Positions 26,515 through 40,998 of a DNA stretch of 64,000 nt are shown here, in pieces. The DNA lies in assembly GCA_038496445.1 (NCBI GenBank), contig JALMLS010000361.1:124001-188000 (forward strand), written 5' to 3'. The position numbers and the translations under genes are program-made. Below the pieces are notes generated by a model. The model ran no database searches. It was not told the origin of the DNA and saw nothing but the letters and a program-made list of their open reading frames with translations. How positions within the stretch are numbered: position 1 is the first letter of the stretch; each line of letters opens with the position of its first letter. The stretch is from Trichosphaerium sp. ATCC 40318. Lineage: Eukaryota; Protista; Tubulinea.

Positions 26515-27686
26515 TTATGCTTTTGGAACTAAGTTTGCCTTTTTAAAAGCGTTAGAAATATGATCTCCATAATTAGTAGGTGTTTCCAGCTGTTTGTTTA
26601 CAACAGGTAACTCTGTGGTGAACTCTGGGTGTAAAAACCAATTCATTCTAGAGCAAGTAAGATCAACTTGGATAATTGTTGGAATGTAAGCTTACGATAT
26701 TCTACTTTTACTTGCGTCATTGTGTACCACTCTATGTAAAGCACCTTTGTACTTTCCTTGTGATAACCTCTCCATAGCTTGGCCTAAAAAGATAGAAAGT
26801 AAATCACACTGCATATTCTTTGGTTGCTCACCATAGTGAATCAGAAGGCAACCTTCTCTTGGATCAGAGTCATACCACTTCCCATCTGGTAACTGGTGTT
26901 GTAGAGAGCCTTGTCATTGTTAAATTATGCACACTTTTTAGTCGCTGGAGTACCTGAATTCCATTCTTCTTGGAAGATCATAGAAAACATGCAATAGTCA
27001 ACATGTTCTCCAAGACTGACCTCATTTTTCTTCCGGCCAACACAATCATTCAATGGAGGATAGTAATTTACTCTCATAGACCATACACCTTTACTAGCAA
27101 TACTTCTATGTTCATTAAGTAATATTTGCATAATCCTTGAACACAACTTTGTTGCCATTGCGTTGTAACTTGATAGTCTTTTTTGAAACTCTGACATTGA
27201 CTCTGGAAGCTCGTTGTCGCCAACAAAATGGGGCCAACGCTTACCAGTTTCTTCATCACTAGAAACTAATTCAGTAAATTAGCGAAAGTTATAAAATCAC
27301 TTGACACTTAACTTGTTTTAAAGAACTCTAAAGCTTCATTCCAGTCTCTTTTCCCATTTGTTTTCTCTTCAGCAACGCCATGGTATCCATGAGGACCCAG
27401 CCCAACTGACCGTTTAAAAGTTAGGTCACGTGCAAAAAACTCCTTCGCGAGTTCCACGATCTAAGGTTGTTAACGCGATAGAAGGTGGAATAAACCAATT
27501 TGGTCATATATTAATCCAGTTTTGGTTTTGCATAACTTTACGTACTTTTTGCGCTTGGTGATAAAGACTAGGGCACTTGGCGTAAAAAAATCCTGGATTC
27601 TTGCTTAGTTCTAATATAGGTGCTGTGATGTCACTGCCAATGCGACCCACGCCATCTAACAATGCTGATACGTTGACTTCAGTCAT
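26515..27686 (-). CDS. 2-oxoglutarate/Fe(II) oxygenase, IPNS/DIOX family
   Basis: PGFFY, DWNEAL, MRVNYYPP, GEHVDY (HxD) and GALHRVV. Confidence 0.9.
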
Positions 27687-27906
27687 TGTTGTAAACAACT
27701 TGGTTAAAAGAATATGTGACTTATTTTGACACAAGGATGAAGAATTACATATCGTGATACTGTACTAACAGCCAACACGTGTTTTCTTCACCAGAAAGAA
27801 GTAAAAAAACCATTCAACCCAGTTGAGTTTCAACAAAGAACTGTACTTAGTGCCAAGCTGGGTTGGTTGCATACAGCCAGGTGTTGTTATATTATTTATT
27901 TACAGA

Positions 27907-28830
27907 TTAACGAAGAGGCCAAAAACATTCGCTACCACTTTTTAACCACATATTTCTAACACCATCTAATACTTCCTTTTTTGATAGTTTTCCTTTTTTA
28001 CGTTTATCAAGTTTATTAAATTTCTCACGTGCTGAATATTCTGTAATCCCTAAAGAAGCAGGCCAACAATAATACTGTACAAAGTTCCAATATCCAGTAT
28101 TTTCAGTATCAATAAGATCAAACAGAGCGCTCCATGACTTAAGAACTCTATATCAAAAGCCCTGTTAAGTCAACTAAAACCAAGTGCAAAGACTGTTTTT
28201 TTTACAGCCATTTTGATCGCAAATATTTAAACTTACGCTCTTTCTGTGTTCCTGTGGGTTTTACAACGCAAGTACATTTTAATAAAATCCTTATCTCTTA
28301 CTTTACCATCACCACTCTTTTGCGCAATGTTGTCAACACGGTTCCACCATGAAAGAACAATGCTTTGTATTTTATTCCATTCACTACTATTTTCGTCATA
28401 ATCAAGACTCTAAAAAAGATCAATAAAGCTATATATAACATCAGCGACAATAAGAGAAGGTAGAGAGTGCTGTTTATGCTCAAGATGGCATTTTGTGAAA
28501 CTTACTCGTAATACGTACTGTACACATCACAAAACCGCTTCTTACAAAGTCACTCTTGTTTAATACTCCTAGGTATCACGTGTTAAGACGAAAATAATCC
28601 AAAAAATCAAAACAAATAACCTTTGTAACCGTACCATCGCTATCGGTATCCCAAAGACTAAATATCTTACAATGACGCTGAATAAACCACTTTGGAGCAC
28701 TTGGAAATGTTTTATCCAGATTAAAAAGCTCAACGCTGTCTGGGTAGTGGCCATCAAGGCTATCGATTAACTGCTTGTATTGTTTTCGCATTTTTTGCCT
28801 CTCTGTACATGCACATAGCAGTGCACCCAT
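27907..28830 (-). CDS. EF-hand protein of the SCP/calexcitin/aequorin-like fold with an N-terminal acylation motif
   Basis: MGALLCAC; loops DTDSDGVLNKSD, DTENTGYWNFVQ and DKRKKGKLSKKE; C-terminus MWLKSGSECFWPLR. Confidence 0.82.
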
Positions 28831-29089
28831 TTTGTTTTGACAAAAAAAAGTAAAAAGTCAGTCTGTCAAATTAGCTTAAGGTACAGTCTGATTTAGACTC
28901 TACACATTTACTAGGCAAAGCCAAGTCAGCTTCCCTTCGTCTACAGTATCGGCTAAAAAGCGCGACAATAAATGTCGGTGATACAACGTGGCAATTGAGT
29001 TAACTTTACGCACGTGGTAGTGTTTCTCTTAAAGGGTTTTTTATTTGTTTTTTTCTTTTTGTATTTTTTTCTGTTTAGCATCCTTGGTC

Positions 29090-31473
29090 TTACCATACTG
29101 GAGAATTTAAAATGAATAAGCTTTGTTCCCTTGTCTTTATCCACGCAAGTATCTTATTACAACCACGTATAGTCTGTTGTTTTTCCATTAAAGGAGAGAA
29201 TATTGCATATAATTCGAATCCATGTGTTATCCATCCAACAATAGTTTCTGATTTTGCTGTGTAATAATACACCTTTTGCTCGTGGTTACCTAGCAACAAA
29301 TCTGTTAGAAAACCTGTACAATGTACAGAAAAACGTTAAAAGAAATCGTAACAGTTCACTAATTACGCAAAGAGACATCGTAATGATTTGTTTGGAGTCA
29401 ATTGGGTTTAAAGGACGTTGCAACAAAAACTTTCGCTCAATTAAAAGAAAAAGTACCTGAGGAATGTATTCGCGAATGCACGCGTTTGTACAAATATTGT
29501 ACACTAGAAAAAAGTATCAGCATATATGCGATAACACTGCAATTATCTATTCACATCAATTACATACCGCTTATGTGCTTCTTTAGTATGATATGGCGGT
29601 GTGAAAATTGGGCTTGTCATTTGACTGGTGCTCTTTGATTTATACAAGAAATGGAGTAACCCAGGCGCGCCAATATCGTTTGCTACGTAACCACGGTGTA
29701 TAGAAGCATTAGCAACGCTATAATAAAAAAGGTAAGTTGATAAGGAACATGCGAACAATGAAAAAAAAAGTTGGTGAAATAAAGTAGCTTACCCTTCTAA
29801 GGCACCTTGAGATATAAGACCAGATAAAATCTGGTTTTTAGCACTTTTCATTTGATAAAAATCGTCAGCTTTTGTTGAAAGTAACAACAAACTTAAATCA
29901 CGTGTAAGAAAAGTCATCTAAATCAAAAGTTAATTTTTTGTTGATGGCATTGTGATGCAGATGCAGGTAAAGGAAGAGCTCAGGATGCTCTTTTACCATT
30001 GTGCGTACATAAGCATACAAGAATCCTTTTGCGTTAAATTTTGGTAAACATATAGGTGACCAGCTCTCTGAGCCTTTGTAGCTATAAGACATTAGATAAA
30101 AAAAAATATGTTTTGAATACGACAGTACGTTTTTGACATGTGTATAAAGTTGAGGAGCAAGTGGAGATCTGGTGGTTTTAAAATATGTCTTCTTTTTCTA
30201 ACAACATGTACAAGATTAGGTCCATAAACTAACATACCATAGCTTAGTTATGAAGTCAAAGAAAGCAACTACAAAAAGAATATTTCAAATGTTTCAGGAT
30301 ACAATATTTCTTTGTTTGCCGGTCTGTGCAATATATTGCCAATGGTCTCCCGCAGAGCTAGTTAAGGTTAGCTTTAATAAAAAATTGAGGTCAAACGAAC
30401 CAGCAGGAAGTGGTAAGCAGTGAACAGCAGAAAGCAAGTAAGAAGGATCAGAATGAATACCCTTGACTAAGCCATCCAAAAATCTGTTTATACCTATCAT
30501 ACCATGTCACGAAATCACCGTTAAAACAACTATGGTACCTCCCAATAAACCCACAAGATCAAATGAAGGCATTTTTTCTAATATTCTCTCCACACTACGC
30601 TACTGTGTCACAGACAACGGAAAACTCATTTTTTTTCAGTATGTACCCATTTGTTAAGATACTCAGTATCTGAGAGTTACAGTATTGTAATAATGTATCT
30701 CTTAGTTGATCTGTTGTCTCACCAGAAGTAGAAACAGCAACATAGTATAAGTGACCAACAAGTAAGAAAACAATTTTACGGTCTCCAGCAATAACAGTCC
30801 TAGAATGCATTAGAGAGCTATACCACCCATGCTCAGTAACCTCAACTAGTATCACGCACCTTATTTCGTCGTTATTATCAGCTACAAACGATACAATACC
30901 AGATAGAAGCGCAAAAAAACCTTCAAAAAAAACAACGTCAAAATACACTAACATTTAGCGAAGCACAAAGCTACATACCTGCTAGTTTACCGACATCACC
31001 ATATCGTGAAAAAACAGGCTTTCCAGAGCTTGTTAGAATAAACACGTGACGTTTATGTTCTCTCCATGATTGATGTGTGAGATCTTAAGTAGTACAATGT
31101 ATTAGTGCGATTGGTGGGTTGTAAATCGATGGAAATGTCAGAAGTCACCTTCTGATTTATATTTGTTGGGAGCGTATTCGTCTGGTATTCCTGCGCGAAT
31201 GGTTAGCAAATAAAACTATTAAAATGGCCATGCTGGCGTTTATTATTTTTTTTTGTAGTTTGTGCCTTTTCGTGTACCGTTGTGGCCATTTTGGTCCGTT
31301 GAGTTTGTAGCAGGGTCGAGTTCGTCTAACAGGCCAGCAGAGGATGCTGTTTCACTTCCAGATTTTTCTGACTCGGCGTCGTTAACAAGTGGAGAGTCTC
31401 CAGTAGCAGCGCCAGGCGCGTTAGTCAAATTTGCAAAATCTTCATCAGAATTGTTTGACGTTGTTAATTCCAT
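29090..31473 (-). CDS. MON1: Vacuolar fusion protein Mon1/SAND (Rab7 GEF subunit)
   Basis: [49 protein letters not shown] and [10 protein letters not shown]. Confidence 0.94.
30243..30302 (-). other. Putative U12-type (minor spliceosome) GT-AG intron in MON1
   Basis: Donor GTATCCTG; TTTCTTTGAC ends 12 nt before the 3' end; phase 2; contains an in-frame TAG so it must be removed. Confidence 0.6.
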
Positions 31474-31705
31474 AGTGTACAACGTGGCGCTATGCATACT
31501 GAGTGAATATAAGCGCCAGCGTTTAATACCTTTATAATCCAGTATGTTTTAGAGTACAATTAGAGCTGTGTTACGTTACCACTGAGCGGTTAACATGGGT
31601 GTGGGAGTAAATGTCAGCGAAGATTCTACAAACTTTGAATATTTTTCTGCTGTTTTTTTTTTAAGTACTAACAATACCCACAACGCGGGTAGCGTAACTT
31701 ACCCG

Positions 31706-33369
31706 ATGTTGCGGTTAATACCAACGTATTCTGTACTAAGCCAAAAAAAGACAACCAAAGCGCTACATACGCGTGTGAAGCGATTTTACGCGTCAAAAAA
31801 CGCCACAAGAGTACTGGACAAATTAAACAAACTCATACAAGCTGGTACGCTCAAAGAAGATCCCGCACAGCTAGCAGCGACGCAGCAGCTTCAAAAACTA
31901 GCAAGCGAGCTAGAAAACTGGCAAAACCCCGAAACGCCACCAAAAAGTAAACAAACCAGCGGATTCTTTTCGTTCTTTACTTCAGGTACTATTTACGCCA
32001 TTTTACGAACCGTAATATTGTGTAAGATGTGAAGACAAAAGCAGTTGAAACAAAAGCCCCAAAGGGTCTGTACTTACATGGAGGAGTGGGTTCGGGTAAA
32101 ACTATGTTAATGGTATGCAAGAACAAGTAAAAATCGCTTAATGTTATTGGAAGGACTTGTTTGCATCTGAACTCAAAGTACCGAAGATTAGAACGCACTG
32201 GAACACCTTCATACAAGTAAAGAAAATTGCGTAGGTAGTGAGTGTAATTTGTATTAGGATCTACACACAAAAATGAACACAGGAGATAGCGCAGGTACGA
32301 ACATTTAATGTCATTGCAAAAAAAAAAATTCGTCATTTGACACTTGGTATTCACTGAATTAAGGGACACGCTCAACTTCTCAGATGGAACCCGTTGCTCG
32401 TGATATATTATCTAAAGGCAGAGTTTTATGCTTTGACGAGTTCCAAATAACAAACATTGCTGACGCTATGTTGATATCTCGATTATTTGACTCACTTTGG
32501 GATCAAGGCGCTGTTCTCATTGCAACGTCTAATAGGCCTCCTGTAGAATTATACAAAGGAGGTCTTACACGTAACTTATTCTTGCCATTCATAGACAAAC
32601 TATCAAAAAAGTGTGATGTCCATCAAATAGGTACAACAAGAGATTATCGTCTGGCACATGGAGATCAAAAAACAGATGTTTATTTATTGGCCGACTCAAA
32701 AGATACAAAGAAAAAACTTGAAGATATTTGGAACCGTTTAACGGATGGAACAGCTGAGCCACTAACACTACGCATAAAAGGAAGGAATATTGGTGTTGAT
32801 GGTGCAGCAAAGCAGTGTGCTAGATTCTCTTTTACAAACATTTGTGGTAAAGCTTTGGCTGCTATGGACTATATTGAAATTTGTCGTCAGTTTCATACTG
32901 TATTGGTTGAGGATATTCCTGTTTTTTCTTTATTAGATATAAATGAAGCAAGACGTTTTATATGGCTTGTTGATGAGATGTATGAACACAAGGTTAAACT
33001 GATTTGTACGTTTCTTTCTTTTTTCTTATTTTTTCTTATTGTTTTTTATTTTTTTTTAATGTTTGTTGTCGTTTTCTACATTCTGGTATCCTAGCGCCTT
33101 GTTTTGCAAGTACCAAATTCTTATATACCACATTCACACTTTTGTTTTCTTTGTACTAGACCTGCTATTCTTATAATCTTGTAGGCTCTGCTAAAGCTCA
33201 ACCGACAGAACTTTTTCCAACAAAAGTTAAATCAAGTAGAGATGATAATATAGCAGTTGGTGAAGAGGAAAGTTTCGCTTTTGATAGAGTTGCTAGTAGG
33301 CTAATAGAAATGCAATCTAAACAGTATTTACAATCAACCCATGTACCAGATCCTACTAAAACAATGTGA
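31706..33369 (+). CDS. AFG1: AFG1/LACE1 (ZapE family) mitochondrial ATPase
   Basis: Presequence-like N-terminus, PKGLYLHGGVGSGKTMLMD, LCFDEFQ, ATSNRPP..LY, ARRFIWLVDEMYE and FAFDRVASRLIEMQS. Confidence 0.94.
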
Positions 33370-33728
33370 CAGCACAAACAACTTGAACCTAATTTTAATT
33401 GACTTACCTAGTGCTTTGTCTAAGTATTAGATATATAGCCTCTTGTTGCATTATTGCGTTCATCCATGCTAAGTCACACCGTGACACAAACAGCATTAAA
33501 GAAGTGACAATATCGCCCACACAAGCCTTCAACTTATTAAACCTGCTCTCGACATTATCAATATATTTATTTAGTTTGGTTTGTTTGGGTTTTTTACAAG
33601 TTTAATAATACATTTGTGGCTTGAATAGGAGACATTACGCTAGTAGCTAAAGAATAAATCAATAACGAAAAACATGAAGGCAGGGTAAAGAGTAATATAA
33701 GAGAAAAAATGCTATTGGCACATAAAAG

Positions 33729-35624
33729 TCACGTACTCTCGTTGCTGTTTGTTGTATCCTCAATGTGTATAATTTGGTTTTCTATTAGTTTACGTATAGT
33801 ACATTCATCTTCATTCCACCAGTATGGTACAATAATCAGCTTAACACCTAATACAATAAGTACAAAAAAAAACATTTCTCTCAAAAAATACCTAGTTCAG
33901 AACAAAGTTGTAACTTTGACACATCCCTCATTTCGAATATCAATGTGGGCGCTGATTGAGGAAGTACATTGTGATAGTGATGTTCTCCTAATAAATCCAA
34001 TCCGTAACTTTAAAACAAAAGCAAGAAAAATCTAGGATAAAAACGTACCCTGATACTCAAACGCTAGGTTCCTTGTTTCTACAAATATATCAACTGTAAC
34101 TGCAAGCGATGATTGAGGGTATAACCCTATCGGGTGTTCCTCTATAACTTCATCATTTGGATATATGCTCCTTATACATGCAGCAAGGAATCTAAGATAC
34201 GTTGGTGTAAACAGAGAACAAAAAAAGTTACCTTTGTTTTGCTCGTTTGCGCATTTCAAAAAAATTTGCTGTCTGCCAGTTTCTTTCTGGGTATATAGTA
34301 TTCAATATATTAGGAAAGTAATACATAAGACCAGAACCTCCTAATTTCTTCATTTGGTCCAAGGACACACGATACCTGGTAGGTAGTAGTAATAAGTATT
34401 TTGCGAGAAAAAACAACTAAAGAAAACATCATTGGTGTTACTTTAGGTCTTACCACATTTCTGGAGAGTTTATGTGTAGCTTTGTTTCTGCAAATTTTAG
34501 AAACCTTGTAACTTCTGTTCTATCTTTCCAGTATCCCCATGGTTTTGTATCTTTTGCTCTGAACGTATGGTAAGCACGTGATCTTTGAAAATTTTCTGTA
34601 TTTTTGAAGTCTTACTTAAAATTCCACTTATGTTGTGGATAAACGAATCGTAGAGTATTATATAATGAACCACCATTAGCACTAACAAAAATAAGAACAA
34701 ACTTAAAAACACTGGTCAGATTGCTGGTTTGTGCTCAACAAAAAGACAAGATTTTTCTTGGTTTTTTTTACCCCAGCAATCCACTCGCTCCTCGTTTAAC
34801 CAAATCTCTCTGCGCGAACTTGAGCCAATCGTCTAACACCTTAATATTTAAAGATTTCCCTATTTCCTCAAGTTTATGCCATTGATTATCACGTACGCTC
34901 CAGTAGTTCTGAGGAACACTCCTAACCTCAAAAAAAAACCCGTTAGCAGACACAGACCGAAAAACAAAACAGTTGCACGTACACAAACTTTGTGAGTTTC
35001 CAGTCATGCTGAGGGTACATAGCATTAAGTACCTTGTGTAAAGAACCACCGAATATACCACTAAGCATAGTTCCGTGCATTGATCTCGACACCTCCAACG
35101 CAGACACAGTGTAAAAGTCATCGAGCACTTTGATACGCTTTGCGCGTGCAAAAGCATCCAAGAATTGTTCTTGGTTTGTTGAAACGCGCCAATAACCGCT
35201 TGGCATACTGTGTCGCCTGAATCGCGCTTTGTTCCAAGAGTGAGACGGGTACACGTGTTGTACTGCCGAAAAAAGTGTTTGGAAACTAGAGGATTGGTTA
35301 TTAACTTGCGAGGATGCGGTATGAACGAATTCTCAAGGTTTTGATGCCGTTTTGGCAAGAAGAGGTATATAATTAACGTAATAGCACTCGTACTTGTTAC
35401 CAACCACTGAATTTATTTTGTTAATGACGTTGGTGTCTTTAGCACGATACCAATCATCCAAAACTTTGACATTTAATGTTTTGGCTACCTCTTCGAAGTG
35501 TGCATGTTGTGGATGGAGATAGTGGGTATGTGACGGTGCATAAGCTGAAGTTGTAAAGTCAAATAGCGAAACTTGGTTATAAACACTGTTAAACTGATCA
35601 CTTACCTACGGGGTAGCGCCTCAT
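33729..35624 (-). CDS. Uncharacterised tandem-repeat protein with a C-terminal Vsr/DUF559-like PD-(D/E)XK nuclease motif (start uncertain)
   Basis: About four repeats with [VI]KVLDD[WF]Y and YPxHxW..PxxYW; C-terminal VDIFVETRNLAFEYQGEHHY...RDVSKLQLC..LGVKLIIVPYWW after splicing. Confidence 0.75.
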
Positions 35625-35832
35625 CGCATAGGCACTCCAATTACAATTATTGTACTAGTACATTTAGTAACAATGCCCATACAAACATGAAAGGTATAAT
35701 ATTGCGTAAGCTATCTATCACAGAGCCACCAGATCATTGGGAAGGCTTAACTGACAGTACTTAATAATAAACTCAGTCTCGCTGAGAATTTTAACAAAAC
35801 ACACGCAAACACCTCGCAACATCAGTTCCTTG

Positions 35833-36996
35833 ATGGCAGCTAACGCAAGTGTCAGACCAAATGGTCGTAAAAACGTACGCGCCTCAAATAACCATCAAAC
35901 TTCGCTCCGTACGTTTGTTATCGTTCTAATGATAGCTAGAAAAAATTATCACCGAAAGAGTTCTACACAGACGACTGTGTTGTATGCTCTCTCCACAATC
36001 ACGCCCCGCAAGAACTCTATACCAGTTTGCTGGATATGAGCTCCGTTGAGAGCTGGTGGCCTGATTGGGTTAATTTCTCGGTAACTAGGGTTACAGAAGA
36101 AGGTACAGGTACCCAAAGAGCCTCACTAACTGTTTACAGGCATTGGTTCCGAATTGAGCATAGAAACGCAACTTGGTGAGTGAAAAAAAAACCGCCCGTT
36201 CTCCGTTTCTATCTAACGCGTTTAAAGGTAGTGTAGACCTCGAAATAACTGAAGCGGAGGAACCAAAAGAAATTACATTCGCGTATAAAGGAGCAATGAA
36301 AGGAGAAGTAACATGGACCCTTGAAAAGGAGTCTGAAGGTATGATTACTGCGTCGCGAATTACTTTTAACGCTCCTAACAAACGTCAGAAAAACGTAAAT
36401 GATTTATACTCCTCCATCTAATCTTTGTTTCTCCGTTTCTAGATACAACGAAAGTATGCTATTGGATGGATTTATACCCTGGTTCTTTCGCTCTACGACC
36501 TATGTTGCCTTTATTTGGTATTCCATACATCAAGAGTTGCCTATCGGATATTGCAGTTCATTTAGATAAACACTTGGAGAGTAGTACACCAACAACACCA
36601 GTTGTTGACGTTATTGAAGATATTACTGTTGATGCGATATTGGAAAACAATTCTGATGATTTATCGATTGGAGTGGATGAACAGCTCACTAAGGTTGTAG
36701 AGAATGATGTAACCTTTGAAGAAGTCGAAATACAAGTACAAACATACGAAACGACACTACCCCAAACAACAGAAGAATTATCAGAAAATGATATTTTTGA
36801 TGATTCTGATAACTTGCCTTTAACAAACACAGACATTGAACAAGATGAACTTGTTCATGAGCAAAAAACACCTGTGGATCCATTTGGCGGCGTTAGACAC
36901 TCTTTAGAGCCTTCTAGTTTTATCATAAGACCGTACATGGCTTCGTTTGTTGGTGCGTTTTTTTTTGTTAAAGGTGATTCTGATTTCGATTGCTAG
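35833..36996 (+). CDS. SRPBCC/START-like (polyketide cyclase 2 type) domain protein with acidic C-terminal region; 3' end uncertain
   Basis: Spliced HAPQELYTSLLDMSSVESWWP...GIGSELSI...EITEAEEPKEITF...GEVTWTLEKESEDTTKVCYW. Confidence 0.72.
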
Positions 36997-37163
36997 GTAC
37001 TTTTTTTCCACTCATGCACAGAGCGAGTTTTCGTAGTATGATGAGAAGCTTTACACGATTTACAAGGAATAGATTAGAAAGTTATAGAAAAAATCGACGT
37101 CTTTAGATGGCGTCAACCTCGGACAGTTTTATTTTTTTTTTCTGCTTCTCGTTTTTTTTTGTT

Positions 37164-38546
<1,383 letters not shown>

Positions 38547-38629
38547 GTCACTTTGAAAATGTCGTCTTAGGTTGAGTTAAGTTAGCATTCATTGTTTGTG
38601 GCTCTGTGGCTCTAGAAGACCACACAACA

Positions 38630-40701
38630 ATGAGCGACAACGAATTTGACTCGTTGTTGGGTGTGTCAGGTGAAGACAAGGAACCATCTACACCAAGCAA
38701 ACCAGCCCCGCGAAAGTTCTCTAACCTCGCAGAGTCATCATCAGATGAAGATTCCAGCGCAAACGAGGTGAAAGATCACAATTTGGAGGAAGAAAACAAA
38801 GAAGATAATAATGGTGTTGATAAACCTAAGACTGTGCATAAAAAAGAGCTTGTGGCGACTCTATTCGAGGGTGACGGCAAGTAAAAAAAATTATGGTTAA
38901 TTAACAGTGTTTTACGCATTTCGAGAGCGTACAGGCGTCAGAGCTTTTATATTTAATAGTTTAGACGCCAATTACAATTATTTAACTTATACTTTAAACA
39001 GAGCTATCTGAAGGGAGTGAAGAGGTCGAATTTGATTCTAGTTCAGACTCTGATGACAACCAAGCACAATCACGCAAACGTTTAGTTGTTAAAACTGACT
39101 CAGATAAGCCAGTAAAGAAAAAGCGTCAAACACCGCTGGACCACATGGTATCAAATGATGAAAAGTACGTAACTATTCCAGCAATCATTTATGTGCTTTG
39201 AACAAAACTTAAGTTTCTAAACCCTCTTGCAACCATCAAATGCAACTAGTACAGTGTAAATGTAGTTAACGTTATTCTATTAGCTCAGATTCATCAAGCC
39301 ATCATCGTGAGGTACCTCAAGCACCTATAGAACGCATAGAGATGACTTGTTATGAATACCCAGCACCTGACAGAGCAAATGACGTGCGTCCAATCATCGC
39401 CTTTGTGTATTTCTAACTAAACCTAGATTTACTATGTTCGTTTACCTAATATCCTAAGTATTCAACCTGAAGAATTTGAACCAGATGCATACGATGGAAC
39501 GGATATTACTGACAAGGTTAGTCCTTGTTTCTTTTTTTTTGATTTTTGTATCATGACAACATTTGCTTCAAAAGTTTCGTCTATCAAGCCACTACTATTA
39601 ATCTTCAAGTGTCGTTTTTTGTGCAAGTTTATGTGCTGTGTTGTTTCTAATGTTTGGTGATTGTCATAGAGGTCAGATAATATAATAAGATGGAGAAATA
39701 AAGTCGATCCAGAAAATTTTGGTAGAAAAACACTAGAGAGTAATGCTCGGTTTGTAAGATGGTCTGATGGTAGTATGCATCTTGTAGTGGGTGGCGAGTA
39801 CCTTAATGTACAAATACAAAAGCTATATGATCACCATCAAGCCTTTGTAGAGCAACCTGAGGTACACATTGACACCTTTCTGTTTTTTTGCTTTTTTCAA
39901 CATCGCAATTTTTTTTTTGTTCGTTGAACACTATTGTTGATGACTGTCAAGCCTTTGTTATTTTTTTCACGCGCACCTTGTTTAATGACATTGTATAGAG
40001 AAAAGACGATACTTGGCAATATCAATGCTCTCTTGATTCTAAAATGGTTTTTACGCCATCTTCTCTTGCTTCTAAGTCTCATGCTAAGCTTCGTGCAAAG
40101 CTAAGGAAAACAGTTCGAAAAAAGCGTGAAGCAATATCATTTGTTGCAACAATGGAACCAGAGAAGATGAAGGCACAACTAGAGGAAAGGGAGGCAGAAT
40201 CAAATAAGCAAAACACAAAAAGACGAGAAACTACTCGTAGACAAATGAGTACGTAACTGTTGACACGTGTCAAAACAACATCTCATTTTGCTTTTTGTTC
40301 TTTTTGTTCACGCTTTTTTTAAGAACATGATCTTGAAGCGGACCATGGTCATCATAATGATTATGGACATGGTGTAGATATTGATCGCCTTAAATATGAT
40401 TACCGCTCTGGCAGAGGATATGATCCTGATGTGCGTTGATTTCTTTTCTTTTTTTTTTCTTAGTTGAATACCTTCTTCAAATTGCAGTATTATTACCCTT
40501 TATGTCTGGTTTCTATAAGTACTCATAATTATTTAGGAAGAGTATGTAAACGAACAACGCCTGGAAAGAGCTAAAAAACGGCGTCACGAACCAAGGATAA
40601 TAGAAGAGGATGACGATGTTGACTTATTTGATGATTCCGACTCCTCGGATGATTCTGAAGGCGTTTTACGACCTTCAAAAAGGCGTAGGACGCAAATGTG
40701 A
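38630..40701 (+). CDS. LEO1: Paf1 complex subunit Leo1
   Basis: Acidic N-terminus, VRLPNILSIQPEEFEP, NIIRWR, ESNARFVRWSDGSMHLVVG and FTPSSLASKSH. Confidence 0.92.
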
Positions 40702-40998
40702 TAGTTAAGAGAGCTACAATAGAATTCTGTCAGAACTGGTCACGTGTTCACCCTGTAAGTGTAACAGGAGAATAAAAACAAAAAGTGTATTTTGAATCAA
40801 AGTAATTTTTCCATAAATAATTATAATATACTAACCTCAGTCTTATGTTTTTAACAAAATCCGTCTGCATAAATCCAACCTGATTTGCAACGTCGGAGTT
40901 GCTTTAGTTAATAAACTCTACATTGCGATAAGTTATGTACAATTTATGTTTATTTACAAGCGATGATTTTTTGTTTTTTTCTTTATCTTTTTTTACAG

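Noticed and set aside
33086-33093. GTATCCT inside an AFG1 intron as a second U12 donor
   Set aside because: It is internal to a normal GTACGT intron and no U12 branch lies near the acceptor.
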